A stretch of DNA of 34,123 bases. Origin: a virus. Its lineage: Duplodnaviria > Heunggongvirae > Uroviricota > Caudoviricetes. The position numbers and the translations under genes are program-made. Of this stretch, positions 17,255 to 25,886 are shown piece by piece (position 1 is the stretch's first letter; every line of letters starts with the position of its first letter). The DNA lies in the IMG/VR virus record IMGVR_UViG_2541047783_000004. One strand, 5' to 3'. Under the pieces are notes generated by a model, which was not told the origin of the DNA, ran no database searches, and worked only from the letters and a program-made list of their open reading frames with translations.

Positions 17255-17536
17255 ATGACAGCAGAAGAAAAAAGCGTCCTGTCGCTTTTCATGATTGGGG
17301 TGCTGATTGTTGTCGGCAAGGTGCTTGCCGGTGGTGAACCCATCACCCCGCGTCTGTTTATCGGGCGCATGTTGCTCGGTGGTTTTGTCTCGATGGTTGC
17401 CGGTGTTGTTCTGGTGCAGTTTCCTGACCTGTCACTGCCTGCGGTGTGCGGTATCGGCTCCATGCTGGGTATCGCCGGTTATCAGGTGATTGAGATTGCC
17501 ATTCAGCGCCGTTTTAAGGGCAGGGGGAAACCGTAA
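17255..17536 (+). CDS. Y: Holin Y, 93 aa
   Basis: Small membrane protein with hydrophobic helices (SLFMIGVLIVVGKVLAGG..., GFVSMVAGVVLVQF...); matches P2 gpY. Confidence 0.9.
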   Translation: MTAEEKSVLSLFMIGVLIVVGKVLAGGEPITPRLFIGRMLLGGFVSMVAGVVLVQFPDLSLPAVCGIGSMLGIAGYQVIEIAIQRRFKGRGKP

Positions 17537-18033
17537 TGCCGGTAATTAACACGCATCAGAATATCGCCGCCTTTCTCGACATGCTGGCCGTGTCCGAAGG
17601 GACGGCGAATCATACGCTGACGAAAAACCGGGGCTATGACGTGATAGTCACCGGACTGGACGGGAAGCCGGAAATTTTCACCGACTACAGCGACCACCCG
17701 TTCGCGCATGGCCGACCAGCGAAGGTGTTTAACCGTCGCGGTGAAAAATCCACGGCCTCCGGTCGCTATCAGCAGCTTTACCTGTTCTGGCCGCATTACC
17801 GCAAACAGCTTGCCCTGCCGGATTTCAGTCCGTTGTCACAGGACAGGCTCGCCATTCAGTTGATCCGCGAATGCGGTGCACTGGATGACATCCGGGCGGG
17901 ACGCATTGAGCGCGCCATTTCACGCTGTCGCAATATCTGGGCGTCCCTGCCGGGTGCCGGTTACGGTCAGCGTGAGCATTCACTGGAAAAACTGGTCACC
18001 GTCTGGCGTACCGCTGGCGGCGTACCGGCTTAA
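17536..18033 (+). CDS. K: Endolysin K (lysozyme), 165 aa
   Basis: Translation MPVINTHQNIAAFLDMLAVSEGTANHTLTKNRGYDVIV... matches P2 gpK; TAATG overlap with Y. Confidence 0.92.
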   Translation: MPVINTHQNIAAFLDMLAVSEGTANHTLTKNRGYDVIVTGLDGKPEIFTDYSDHPFAHGRPAKVFNRRGEKSTASGRYQQLYLFWPHYRKQLALPDFSPLSQDRLAIQLIRECGALDDIRAGRIERAISRCRNIWASLPGAGYGQREHSLEKLVTVWRTAGGVPA

Positions 18034-18047
18034 ACGGAGTAAACACC

Positions 18048-18473
18048 ATGAAGAAATTATCCCTTTCACTGATGCTGAACGTGTCGCTGGCGCTGATGCT
18101 GGCACTGTCCCTGATTTACCCGCAGAGCGTGGCCGTCAGTTTTGTCGCTGCCTGGGCGATTCTGGCGACGGTTATCTGTGTGGTTGCCGGTGGTGTCGGC
18201 GTGTATGCCACGGAGTATGTGCTGGAACGCTACGGGCGGGAGCTGCCGCCGGAATCGCTGGCCGTGAAGATTGTCACGTCGCTGTTTTTGCAGCCGGTGC
18301 CGTGGCGCAGACGGGCGGCGGCTCTGGTGGTGATGGTGGCGACGTTTATCTCGCTGGTCGCTGCCGGGTGGATTTTTACCGCACTGATTTATCTCGTGGC
18401 ATCGCTGTTTTTCCGGCTGATACGTACGGCCTGCCGTCAGCGTTTTGAGGAGCGGCAACCATGTCAAAGCTGA
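18048..18473 (+). CDS. lysA: Lysis-timing membrane protein LysA, 141 aa
   Basis: Highly hydrophobic multi-helix protein at the P2 lysA position. Confidence 0.85.
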   Translation: MKKLSLSLMLNVSLALMLALSLIYPQSVAVSFVAAWAILATVICVVAGGVGVYATEYVLERYGRELPPESLAVKIVTSLFLQPVPWRRRAAALVVMVATFISLVAAGWIFTALIYLVASLFFRLIRTACRQRFEERQPCQS

Positions 18474-18886
18474 TGATTGTGATGGTTGTGTTGTTATCGC
18501 TGGCGGTGGTGGGGCTGTTTCTGGCGAAGCATGAAAACGCCAGCCTGCGCGCCTCGCTGGACAGGGTGAACAACGTCGCCAGTGAACAGCAGACGACCAT
18601 CACCATGCTGAAAAATCAGCTTCATGTTGCCCTCACCAGGGCAGACAAAAACGAGCTGGCGCAGGTGGCACTGCGTCAGGAACTGGAGAACGCCGCGAAG
18701 CGTGAAGCACAGCGCGAGAAAACCATCACGAGGTTACTGAATGAAAACGAAGATTTTCGCCGCTGGTACGGTGCTGATCTGCCTGATGCTGTGCGCCGGT
18801 TGCACCAGCGCCCGGCCTGCGCCGACGCCAGTGATTGTCCACAACTCCTGCCCGAAAGTGAGTCTTTGCCCGATGCCGGGCAGTGA
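18461..18886 (+). CDS. lysB: LysB, Rz-like inner-membrane spanin, 141 aa
   Basis: N-terminal transmembrane segment MSKLMIVMVVLLSLAVVGLFLA followed by a charged helical region; matches P2 LysB. Confidence 0.88.
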   Translation: MSKLMIVMVVLLSLAVVGLFLAKHENASLRASLDRVNNVASEQQTTITMLKNQLHVALTRADKNELAQVALRQELENAAKREAQREKTITRLLNENEDFRRWYGADLPDAVRRLHQRPACADASDCPQLLPESESLPDAGQ

Positions 18887-19031
18887 CCCGCAGACGAACG
18901 GCGATTTAAGTGCCGATATCCGGCAGCTTGAGAACGCGCTGGCACGTTGTGCCAGCCAGGTAAAAATGATTAAACACTGTCAGGACGAAAACGATGCTCA
19001 AACCCGACAGCCTGCGCAGGGCACTGACTGA
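18741..19031 (+). CDS. lysC: LysC, Rz1-like outer-membrane lipoprotein spanin, 96 aa, nested in another frame across the lysB 3' end
   Basis: Lipoprotein signal with lipobox LCAGC; proline-rich mature region; starts inside lysB as in P2. Confidence 0.85.
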   Translation: MKTKIFAAGTVLICLMLCAGCTSARPAPTPVIVHNSCPKVSLCPMPGSDPQTNGDLSADIRQLENALARCASQVKMIKHCQDENDAQTRQPAQGTD

Positions 19032-19461
19032 TGCCGTCACGGTGCTGAAAACCAGCCCCGAGATGCTGCGGATATTCATGGATAACGGGAGTATTGCCTC
19101 CACACTGGCGACGTCGCTGTCATTCGAAAAGCGTTACACGCTCAATGTGATTGTGACCGACTTTACCGGTGATTTTGACCTGCTCATCGTGCCGGTGCTG
19201 GCGTGGCTGCGGGAAAATCAGCCCGACATCATGACCACTGACGAAGGCCAGAAAAAGGGCTTCACGTTTTATGCAGACATCAACAATGACAGCAGCTTTG
19301 ATATCAGCATCAGCCTGATGCTGACCGAGCGCACGCTGGTCAGTGAGGTGGACGGCGCACTGCATGTGAAGAATATCCCGGAACCCACGCCGCCGGAGCC
19401 GGTCACCCGCCCGGTGGAGCTTTATATCAATGGCGAACTGGTGAGCAAGTGGGATGAATGA
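18994..19461 (+). CDS. R: Tail completion protein R, 155 aa
   Basis: Translation MLKPDSLRRALTDAVTVLKTSPEMLRIFMDNGSIAS... matches P2 gpR. Confidence 0.9.
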   Translation: MLKPDSLRRALTDAVTVLKTSPEMLRIFMDNGSIASTLATSLSFEKRYTLNVIVTDFTGDFDLLIVPVLAWLRENQPDIMTTDEGQKKGFTFYADINNDSSFDISISLMLTERTLVSEVDGALHVKNIPEPTPPEPVTRPVELYINGELVSKWDE

Positions 19462-19906
19462 GTTTAAGCGTTTTGAAGACCGGCTGACCGGACTGATTGA
19501 ATCGCTGTCACCGTCAGGGCGTCGGCGACTGAGCGCCGAACTGGCGAAACGTCTGCGGCAGAGTCAGCAGCGTCGGGTGATGGCTCAGAAAGCCCCGGAC
19601 GGCACACCCTACGCGCCACGCCAGCAGCAGAGCGCCAGAAAAAAGACTGGTCGTGTTAAGCGAAAAATGTTTGCGAAACTTATCACCAGTCGTTTTTTGC
19701 ATATCCGCGCCAGCCCGGAACAGGCATCAATGGAGTTTTACGGCGGGAAGTCACCGAAAATCGCCAGCGTGCATCAGTTCGGTCTGTCGGAAGAAACCCG
19801 GAAAGACGGTAAGAAAATTGATTATCCGGCGCGTCCTCTGCTCGGCTTTACCGGTGAGGATGTGCAGATGATTGAAGAGATTATTCTGGCGCACCTCGAC
19901 CGTTAG
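19454..19906 (+). CDS. S: Tail completion protein S, 150 aa
   Basis: Translation MNEFKRFEDRLTGLIESLSPSGRRRLSAELAKRLRQSQQRRV... matches P2 gpS; overlaps the R stop. Confidence 0.9.
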   Translation: MNEFKRFEDRLTGLIESLSPSGRRRLSAELAKRLRQSQQRRVMAQKAPDGTPYAPRQQQSARKKTGRVKRKMFAKLITSRFLHIRASPEQASMEFYGGKSPKIASVHQFGLSEETRKDGKKIDYPARPLLGFTGEDVQMIEEIILAHLDR

Positions 19907-19972
19907 TTGTGCCATCCCCGACACCTCATCGTCACATTGCCGCCGGTATGACCCGGCGGCATCCTTCCCGTT

Positions 19973-20608
19973 ATGAACACTCTCGCAAATATTCAGGAAC
20001 TCGCGCGCGCACTGCGCAACATGATTCGCACCGGCATTATCGTCGAAACCGACCTTAACGCCGGTCGCTGCCGTGTGCAGACCGGCGGCATGTGCACCGA
20101 CTGGCTTCAGTGGCTGACCTGTCGTGCCGGGCGTTCGCGCACATGGTGGGCACCTTCCGTGGGGGAGCAGGTGCTGATTCTGGCCGTGGGCGGTGAACTT
20201 GACACGGCGTTTGTTCTGCCGGGGATTTATTCCGGCGATAACCCCGCGCCGTCTGCGTCGGCGGATGCCCTGCATATCCGTTTCCCTGACGGGGCGGTGA
20301 TTGAGTATGAACCCGAAACCAGTGCACTCACGGTAAGCGGAATTAAAACGGCCAGCGTGACGGCTTCTGATTCTGTTACTGCCACGGTACCGGTGGTCAC
20401 GGTGAAAGCGTCAACCCGTGTCACCCTGGACACACCGGAAGTGGTCTGCACTAACAAACTGACTACCGGCACGCTGGAAGTGCAGAAGGGCGGGACGATG
20501 CGCGGCAACATTGAACACACCGGCGGTGAACTCTCATCAAACGGTAAGGTACTGCATACCCACAAACACCCCGGCGACAGCGGCGGCACAACCGGGAGTC
20601 CTTTATGA
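19973..20608 (+). CDS. V: Baseplate spike/assembly protein V, 211 aa
   Basis: Translation MNTLANIQELARALRNMIRTGIIVETDLNAGRCRVQTGGM... matches P2 gpV. Confidence 0.92.
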   Translation: MNTLANIQELARALRNMIRTGIIVETDLNAGRCRVQTGGMCTDWLQWLTCRAGRSRTWWAPSVGEQVLILAVGGELDTAFVLPGIYSGDNPAPSASADALHIRFPDGAVIEYEPETSALTVSGIKTASVTASDSVTATVPVVTVKASTRVTLDTPEVVCTNKLTTGTLEVQKGGTMRGNIEHTGGELSSNGKVLHTHKHPGDSGGTTGSPL

Positions 20609-20952
20609 CAGCGCGTTATCTCGGAATGAATCGCAGTGATGGCCTGACGGTCACTGACCTTGAGCATATCAGCCAGAGTATCGGCGATATCCTGCGCACA
20701 CCGGTCGGCTCACGGGTGATGCGTCGTGATTACGGCTCGTTGCTGGCGTCAATGATTGACCAGCCGCAGACTCCGGCGCTTGAGTTGCAGATTAAGGTCG
20801 CCTGTTACATGGCAGTGCTGAAATGGGAACCCCGCGTCACCCTGTCATCCGTCACCACGGCGCGCAGTTTTGACGGGCGAATGACGGTCACGTTAACCGG
20901 TCAGCACAACGACACCGGCCAGCCACTTTCGTTAACCATCCCTGTGAGTTGA
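20605..20952 (+). CDS. W: Baseplate wedge protein W (gp25-like), 115 aa
   Basis: Translation MTARYLGMNRSDGLTVTDLEHISQSIGDILRTPVGSRVMRRDYGS... matches P2 gpW; ATGA overlap with V. Confidence 0.92.
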   Translation: MTARYLGMNRSDGLTVTDLEHISQSIGDILRTPVGSRVMRRDYGSLLASMIDQPQTPALELQIKVACYMAVLKWEPRVTLSSVTTARSFDGRMTVTLTGQHNDTGQPLSLTIPVS

Positions 20953-20956
20953 AACC

Positions 20957-21865
20957 ATGCCGATTATCGACCTGAACCAGCTACCCGCACCGGATGTGGT
21001 CGAGGAGCTGGACTTTGAAACCATTCTTGCCGAACGCAAGGCGACACTGATTTCCCTTTACCCGGAAGACCAGCAGGAGGCGGTCGCCCGTACCCTGACG
21101 CTGGAATCCGAACCTCTCGTCAAACTGCTGGAGGAAAATGCTTATCGTGAGCTTATCTGGCGTCAGCGTGTGAATGAGGCCGCACGGGCGGTAATGCTGG
21201 CCTGTGCCGCCGGTAATGACCTTGATGTGATTGGTGCCAATTACAACACCACGCGCCTGATTATCACCCCGGCAGATGATTCGACCCTCCCGCCGACACC
21301 GGCAGTGATGGAATCTGATACCGATTATCGTCTGCGTATTCAGCAGGCGTTTGAGGGCTTAAGCGTCGCCGGGTCGGTGGGTGCCTATCAGTATCATGGT
21401 CGCAGTGCCGACGGGCGTGTCGCAGATATCTCTGTCACCAGTCCGTCTCCGGCCTGCGTCACCATCTCCGTGCTGTCACGTGAAAATAACGGTGTGGCAT
21501 CCGAAGACCTGCTGGCGGTGGTGCGTAACGCCCTTAATGGCGAGGACGTCAGGCCGGTGGCCGACCGCGTGACCGTGCAGTCTGCCGCCATTGTTGAATA
21601 CCAGATAAACGCCACGCTTTACCTTTACCCTGGTCCCGAAAGCGAACCCATCCGCGCCGCCGCCGTGAAAAAACTGGAAGCGTATATCACGGCACAGCAC
21701 CGGCTGGGGCGTGACATCCGTCTGTCTGCCATTTATGCCGCTTTGCATGTGGAAGGCGTGCAGCGTGTCGAGCTGGCCGCACCACTGGCCGACATTGTGC
21801 TCAACAGTACGCAGGCGTCTTTCTGCACCGAATACAGCGTCGTGACCGGAGGCTCGGATGAGTGA
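20957..21865 (+). CDS. J: Baseplate protein J, 302 aa
   Basis: Translation MPIIDLNQLPAPDVVEELDFETILAERKATLISLYPEDQQ... matches P2 gpJ. Confidence 0.92.
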   Translation: MPIIDLNQLPAPDVVEELDFETILAERKATLISLYPEDQQEAVARTLTLESEPLVKLLEENAYRELIWRQRVNEAARAVMLACAAGNDLDVIGANYNTTRLIITPADDSTLPPTPAVMESDTDYRLRIQQAFEGLSVAGSVGAYQYHGRSADGRVADISVTSPSPACVTISVLSRENNGVASEDLLAVVRNALNGEDVRPVADRVTVQSAAIVEYQINATLYLYPGPESEPIRAAAVKKLEAYITAQHRLGRDIRLSAIYAALHVEGVQRVELAAPLADIVLNSTQASFCTEYSVVTGGSDE

Positions 21866-22469
21866 TTCGCGCCTGCTGCCGACCGGCTCATCACCGCTTG
21901 AAGTCGCCGCCGCAAAAGCCTGTGCGGAAATTGAAAAAACGCCGGTCAGTATTCGTGAGCTGTGGAACCCGGATACCTGTCCGGCAAATCTGCTGCCGTG
22001 GCTGGCGTGGTCATTTTCGGTTGACCGCTGGGATGATAAGTGGCCGGAAGCGACAAAACGCGCTGTTATCCGCGATGCGTATTTCATTCACTGCCATAAG
22101 GGCACTATTGGTGCGATTCGCCGTGTGGTGGAGCCACTCGGCTATCTGATTGAGGTGAGGGAGTGGTGGCAGCTCAACGAGGAGCCGGGGACGTTCCGTA
22201 TCGTTGTCGGCGTGCTTGAGCAGGGTATTACCGAGGAAATGTATCAGGAGCTGGAGCGCCTCGTTGCTGATGCAAAACCGGCAAGCCGCCATCTGACGGG
22301 ACTGGCTATCAGTTTAAGTACAACCGGCAACATTTTTGCCGGTGCGGGATGCTATCACGGTGACGCCCTGACGGTTTATCCCTACACCCCGGAGGCCATT
22401 ATTGTCGGAGGGGATTATTTCCCGGCCTCGGCCATTCATTTAATTGATAACCTGAGAGTAAACGCATGA
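21858..22469 (+). CDS. I: Baseplate protein I, 203 aa (longer than the 176 aa I recall for P2 gpI)
   Basis: Translation [51 protein letters not shown]... matches P2 gpI N-terminally; C-terminus differs and is extended. Confidence 0.88.
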   Translation: MSDSRLLPTGSSPLEVAAAKACAEIEKTPVSIRELWNPDTCPANLLPWLAWSFSVDRWDDKWPEATKRAVIRDAYFIHCHKGTIGAIRRVVEPLGYLIEVREWWQLNEEPGTFRIVVGVLEQGITEEMYQELERLVADAKPASRHLTGLAISLSTTGNIFAGAGCYHGDALTVYPYTPEAIIVGGDYFPASAIHLIDNLRVNA

Positions 22470-23665
22470 CAGTGAAATACTACGCCATTCTGACTAATCA
22501 GGGCGCAGCACGGCTGGCTAACGCGACGATGCTCGGCAGTAAGCTGAATCTGACGCAAATGGCCGTTGGTGATGCGAATGGTGTCTTGCCGACACCAGAC
22601 CCGGCACAGACAAAACTGATTAACCAGAAACGCATCGCGCCGCTGAATCTTCTGAGTGTTGACCCGAACAACCAGAGCCAGATTATTGCGGAGCAAATCA
22701 TCCCTGAGAACGAGGGCGGATTCTGGATCCGTGAGATTGGGCTTTATGATGATGAAGGCGTACTCATTGCGGTGGCGAACTGCCCGGAAACGTACAAACC
22801 GCAGTTGCAGGAAGGCAGCGGTCGTACCCAGACTATCCGCATGATTCTGGTTGTCACGAATACCGAAGCCATCACGCTGAAAATCGACCCGTCGGTGGTA
22901 CTGGCGACCCGTAAATACGTGGATGATGAAGTCCTGGAATTAAAGCTGTATGTGGATGACCAGATGAGAAACCACATTGCCGCACAGGATCCTCATACCC
23001 AGTATGCACAGAAACATAATCCGACATTTACCGGAGAACCAAAAGCGCCGACGCCTGCCGCAGGAAATAACACCACGCGGATTGCGACCACTGCGTTTGT
23101 ACAGGCCGCTATCACCGCTCTGATTAACGGTGCGCCTGCCACGCTGGATACACTGAAAGAAATTGCCGCAGCCATTAACAATGACCCGAAATTCAGCACC
23201 ACCATTAACAATGCGCTGTCAGGTAAGCAGCCACTGGATGAGACGCTGACTCATTTGAGTGGGAAGGATGTTGCCGGTCTTCTCGCATACCTTGGTTTGG
23301 GAGAAGCGGCAAAACGGGGTGTGGGAACAGGGGAAAATCAGATACCGGACATGGCTTCATTTAGTGGGGTGAGGGATTATTACGGAAAACAACTTTTGCC
23401 AGGAGGGTTGATACTTCAGTGGCTGACGATTCCATCAAGTGCAGCAGCTAAAGCTGTAACACTGAATAATGGTAATTATCAGCTGTCAGGCTATAAATGG
23501 CCCCAGTCATTTGGTGTCCTGTTTGCTGTGTTTGCTACAAAAGTTTCTGGCTCGACTAACGAAGCATATGCAATCTCAGTTAATCGTCACTCTACCGATG
23601 TAATTGTCACTTGGAATGCCCGTAAGGCTGATGATGTCCACATTTTAGGAATTGGGAAATTATGA
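22466..23665 (+). CDS. H: Tail fibre protein H, 399 aa; constant N-terminal part fused to the currently expressed variable C-terminal cassette
   Basis: N-terminal 250 aa or so resemble P2 gpH ([22 protein letters not shown]...EGSGR); the gene is crossed by the left inversion site at 23280..23305; ATGA overlap with I. Confidence 0.85.
   Translation: MTVKYYAILTNQGAARLANATMLGSKLNLTQMAVGDANGVLPTPDPAQTKLINQKRIAPLNLLSVDPNNQSQIIAEQIIPENEGGFWIREIGLYDDEGVLIAVANCPETYKPQLQEGSGRTQTIRMILVVTNTEAITLKIDPSVVLATRKYVDDEVLELKLYVDDQMRNHIAAQDPHTQYAQKHNPTFTGEPKAPTPAAGNNTTRIATTAFVQAAITALINGAPATLDTLKEIAAAINNDPKFSTTINNALSGKQPLDETLTHLSGKDVAGLLAYLGLGEAAKRGVGTGENQIPDMASFSGVRDYYGKQLLPGGLILQWLTIPSSAAAKAVTLNNGNYQLSGYKWPQSFGVLFAVFATKVSGSTNEAYAISVNRHSTDVIVTWNARKADDVHILGIGKL
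23280..23305. repeat. Left crossover site of the invertible tail-fibre segment (gix/hix-like, 26 bp) inside H
   Basis: TTCTCGCATACC-TT-GGTTTGGGAGAA is an inverted copy of the right site at 25153..25178 (15-bp perfect core TTGGTTTGGGAGAAG / CTTCTCCCAAACCAA); half-sites resemble the Gin/Hin consensus TTATCnAAACC. Confidence 0.7.
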
Positions 23666-24081
23666 AAATGAAATGGTCCCCATCTGTTCAGGGATTTTTC
23701 TCTGAAAATAACAGCGATATTCCCGATGATGCTTTCGATATTGAAGATGCTCTTTATTATGAACTTATGAATGGTCAGAGTACGGGGAAAATTATTATCA
23801 ATAACCCGGATAACTACCCTGTACTTACTGAATATCCAGCGAAGACACAGGAACAGGAAATAGCTGAAGCGGAGGGAATGAAAAGTATACTTATTGAACA
23901 GGCCAACGAATACATGAACAGTAAGCAATGGCCTGGTAAAGCCGCTATTGGTCGTCTGAAAGGTGAGGAACTGGCGCAATATAATTTGTGGCTGGATTAT
24001 CTGGACGCACTGGAACTGGTTGATACCTCCAGTGCGCCAGATATTGAATGGCCTACGCCTCCGGCAGTTCAGGCCAGATGA
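23662..24081 (+). CDS. Tail fibre assembly chaperone (gpG/Tfa-like), 139 aa, in the expressed orientation
   Basis: Immediately follows H with an ATGA overlap; C-terminal ...[23 protein letters not shown] is echoed in the inverted paralogue ([25 protein letters not shown]). Confidence 0.8.
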   Translation: MKMKWSPSVQGFFSENNSDIPDDAFDIEDALYYELMNGQSTGKIIINNPDNYPVLTEYPAKTQEQEIAEAEGMKSILIEQANEYMNSKQWPGKAAIGRLKGEELAQYNLWLDYLDALELVDTSSAPDIEWPTPPAVQAR

Positions 24082-24655
24082 CATCCGGCGCGGTGCTGGT
24101 ATCTGTTGCCGTCACCGAGTCAATGTAATCCAGCACAGCGTTAAGTCGGGTGTTTTCTGTCTGCGTCAGCTTCCGCCCGGCCTGTAATTTCAGTTGAATC
24201 AGACTGATGGAAGCCATTGCAGCATCAATCAGCGACTGGCGCTGTGCTTCTGCCGCTTCTACTGCGGCGCTATGCTGTGCCTCAGTATTGGTCACCCATT
24301 TCTCACCATCCCATTTATCGTATGGCGTTAACGGTGCGAGAGTGGTTGTATTTTCGGGATAGTCGCCTGGTGCTGTGATTTCTTTGGCATCTCCCGTTTC
24401 GGTGTTGTAGACAATTTCACCGCGATGGTCTGGCACATATTCCCATGAGTTAAAATCTGCAGAACGGCAGATTGCATAACCAGCTTTATGTGTAACTGGT
24501 GCATCTAAACAAGAACATGCCGGGATACCGACGCCAACCGCAAGATATTCAGTTGATGAGGAAATATATTCCCGCGTTTCACCATCATAATTATAAATGG
24601 TAATGTCTCCCGCTTTTATGGCAATGAGTTCGTTATTTAATACGGCTTTATTCAT
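24053..24655 (-). CDS. Alternative tail fibre assembly chaperone (Tfa'), 200 aa, inverted orientation
   Basis: Convergent with and overlapping the 3' end of the plus-strand tfa; shares its C-terminal motif; follows the Sv' cassette on the minus strand with a TGATG overlap. Confidence 0.75.
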   Translation of the reverse strand: MNKAVLNNELIAIKAGDITIYNYDGETREYISSSTEYLAVGVGIPACSCLDAPVTHKAGYAICRSADFNSWEYVPDHRGEIVYNTETGDAKEITAPGDYPENTTTLAPLTPYDKWDGEKWVTNTEAQHSAAVEAAEAQRQSLIDAAMASISLIQLKLQAGRKLTQTENTRLNAVLDYIDSVTATDTSTAPDVIWPELPEA

Positions 24656-25165
24656 CAGGCAGCCCTCACGATATAATTAAAGGCAATGTTACGAGGACGG
24701 TTTTCGTTTGCAGTTGGAACAATTCTTGAAGCATCAAGGCCAATCACTTTTGGGTAAACAGCGCCATCTGTTCTTTCTGTCACCATACTTCTGATTAAGG
24801 AGAAATAACTATTGTTCGTTGAGGGGTTCAAAGGCACCACTGCCCCCTTAAACGAGCCTACTGATTCCCATATTGAATAATTTTCGGTGTTTACAGTCTT
24901 GAACTCACCATAGATATTACGTATGGCATCGCCCTGAGCTGATAATATTGCCCTCCCCGTATCCATACCACGTCCGTCATCCCAGCCACGAATAAACTCA
25001 CCACGTAAATCAGGCAATTTATTTGTCGGGTAAGCCTTTGCCAGTTCCGGGTATTCTTCAGCAGAAAAAGCTGCTCCGTTGCATTTTAGCCAGCCTGTTG
25101 GCGGAGTGGCTGAGGGCCACGGAACAGGCACACCAACGGGTAATGCCGAACCTTCTCCCAAACCA
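24655..25165 (-). CDS. Silent alternative tail-fibre C-terminal cassette (Sv'), about 170 codons, with no start of its own in this orientation
   Basis: The minus-strand frame reads ...FLNVGLGEGSALPVGVPVPWP..., continuing in frame through the right crossover site, where GLGE matches the LAYLGLGE junction in H; inversion would fuse it to the H constant region. Confidence 0.65.
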
Positions 25166-25178
25166 ACGTTTAAGAAAA
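25153..25178. repeat. Right crossover site of the invertible segment (gix/hix-like, 26 bp)
   Basis: TTCTCCCAAACC-AA-CGTTTAAGAAAA; inverted repeat of 23280..23305; lies just upstream of the invertase gene. Confidence 0.7.
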
Positions 25179-25233
25179 TGCAGAGATTATGGCTAACTGG
25201 CATCATCTCCGGTTTTTATTCAGGGGGATGCTC

Positions 25234-25827
25234 ATGCTTATTGGCTATGTACGCGTGTCAACAAATGACCAGAACACGGAATTGCAGCGTAATGCGCTGG
25301 AGTGCGCAGGATGTGAGCTGATTTTTGAGGACAAAATCAGCGGCACGAAGTCCGACAGGCCGGGGCTGAAAAAACTGCTCAGAACATTATCGGAAGGTGA
25401 CACTCTGGTTGTCTGGAAGCTGGACAGGCTGGGGCGTAGTATGCGGCATCTGGTCATTCTGGTTGAGGAACTGCGCGAACGCGGCGTTAATTTTCGCAGC
25501 CTGACGGATGCTATTGATACCAGCACGCCGATGGGGCGTTTTTTCTTTCATGTGATGGGTGCCCTGGCTGAAATGGAGCGAGAACTCATTGTCGAGCGGA
25601 CACGCGCCGGACTGGAAGCGGCCAGAGCCAAAGGTCGTATTGGTGGCAGACGACCGAAACTCACCGCGAGTGAGTGGGAGCAGGCCGGGCGTTTGCTGGC
25701 TGCAGGGGAGTCACGTCAACGCGTGGCACTGATTTTTGATATTGGTCTGTCCACGCTCTATAAAAAATTTCCCTCATCAGCGACAAAGAATAAATTGTGT
25801 CATCCCTTAGCCAACCGGGACAAATAG
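25234..25827 (+). CDS. Site-specific DNA invertase, serine recombinase of the Gin/Hin/Cin/Pin family, 197 aa
   Basis: Internal ATG at 25234 with AGGGGG Shine-Dalgarno; translation MLIGYVRVSTNDQNTELQRNAL...LVVWKLDRLGRSMRHL...GRIGGRRPKL...LSTLYKK has the catalytic Ser in YVRVSTNDQ and a C-terminal helix-turn-helix. Confidence 0.92.
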   Translation: MLIGYVRVSTNDQNTELQRNALECAGCELIFEDKISGTKSDRPGLKKLLRTLSEGDTLVVWKLDRLGRSMRHLVILVEELRERGVNFRSLTDAIDTSTPMGRFFFHVMGALAEMERELIVERTRAGLEAARAKGRIGGRRPKLTASEWEQAGRLLAAGESRQRVALIFDIGLSTLYKKFPSSATKNKLCHPLANRDK

Positions 25828-25886
25828 CCTGACATCTCCGGCACAACTGAAAATATCACTCACCCATTAACCACGGAGTTAAACGG

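Noticed and set aside
15843-17463. Antisense and alternative-frame ORFs across M, L and X (for example 15843..16493 minus, 16734..17180 minus)
   Set aside because: Overlap conserved P2 genes; no independent support.
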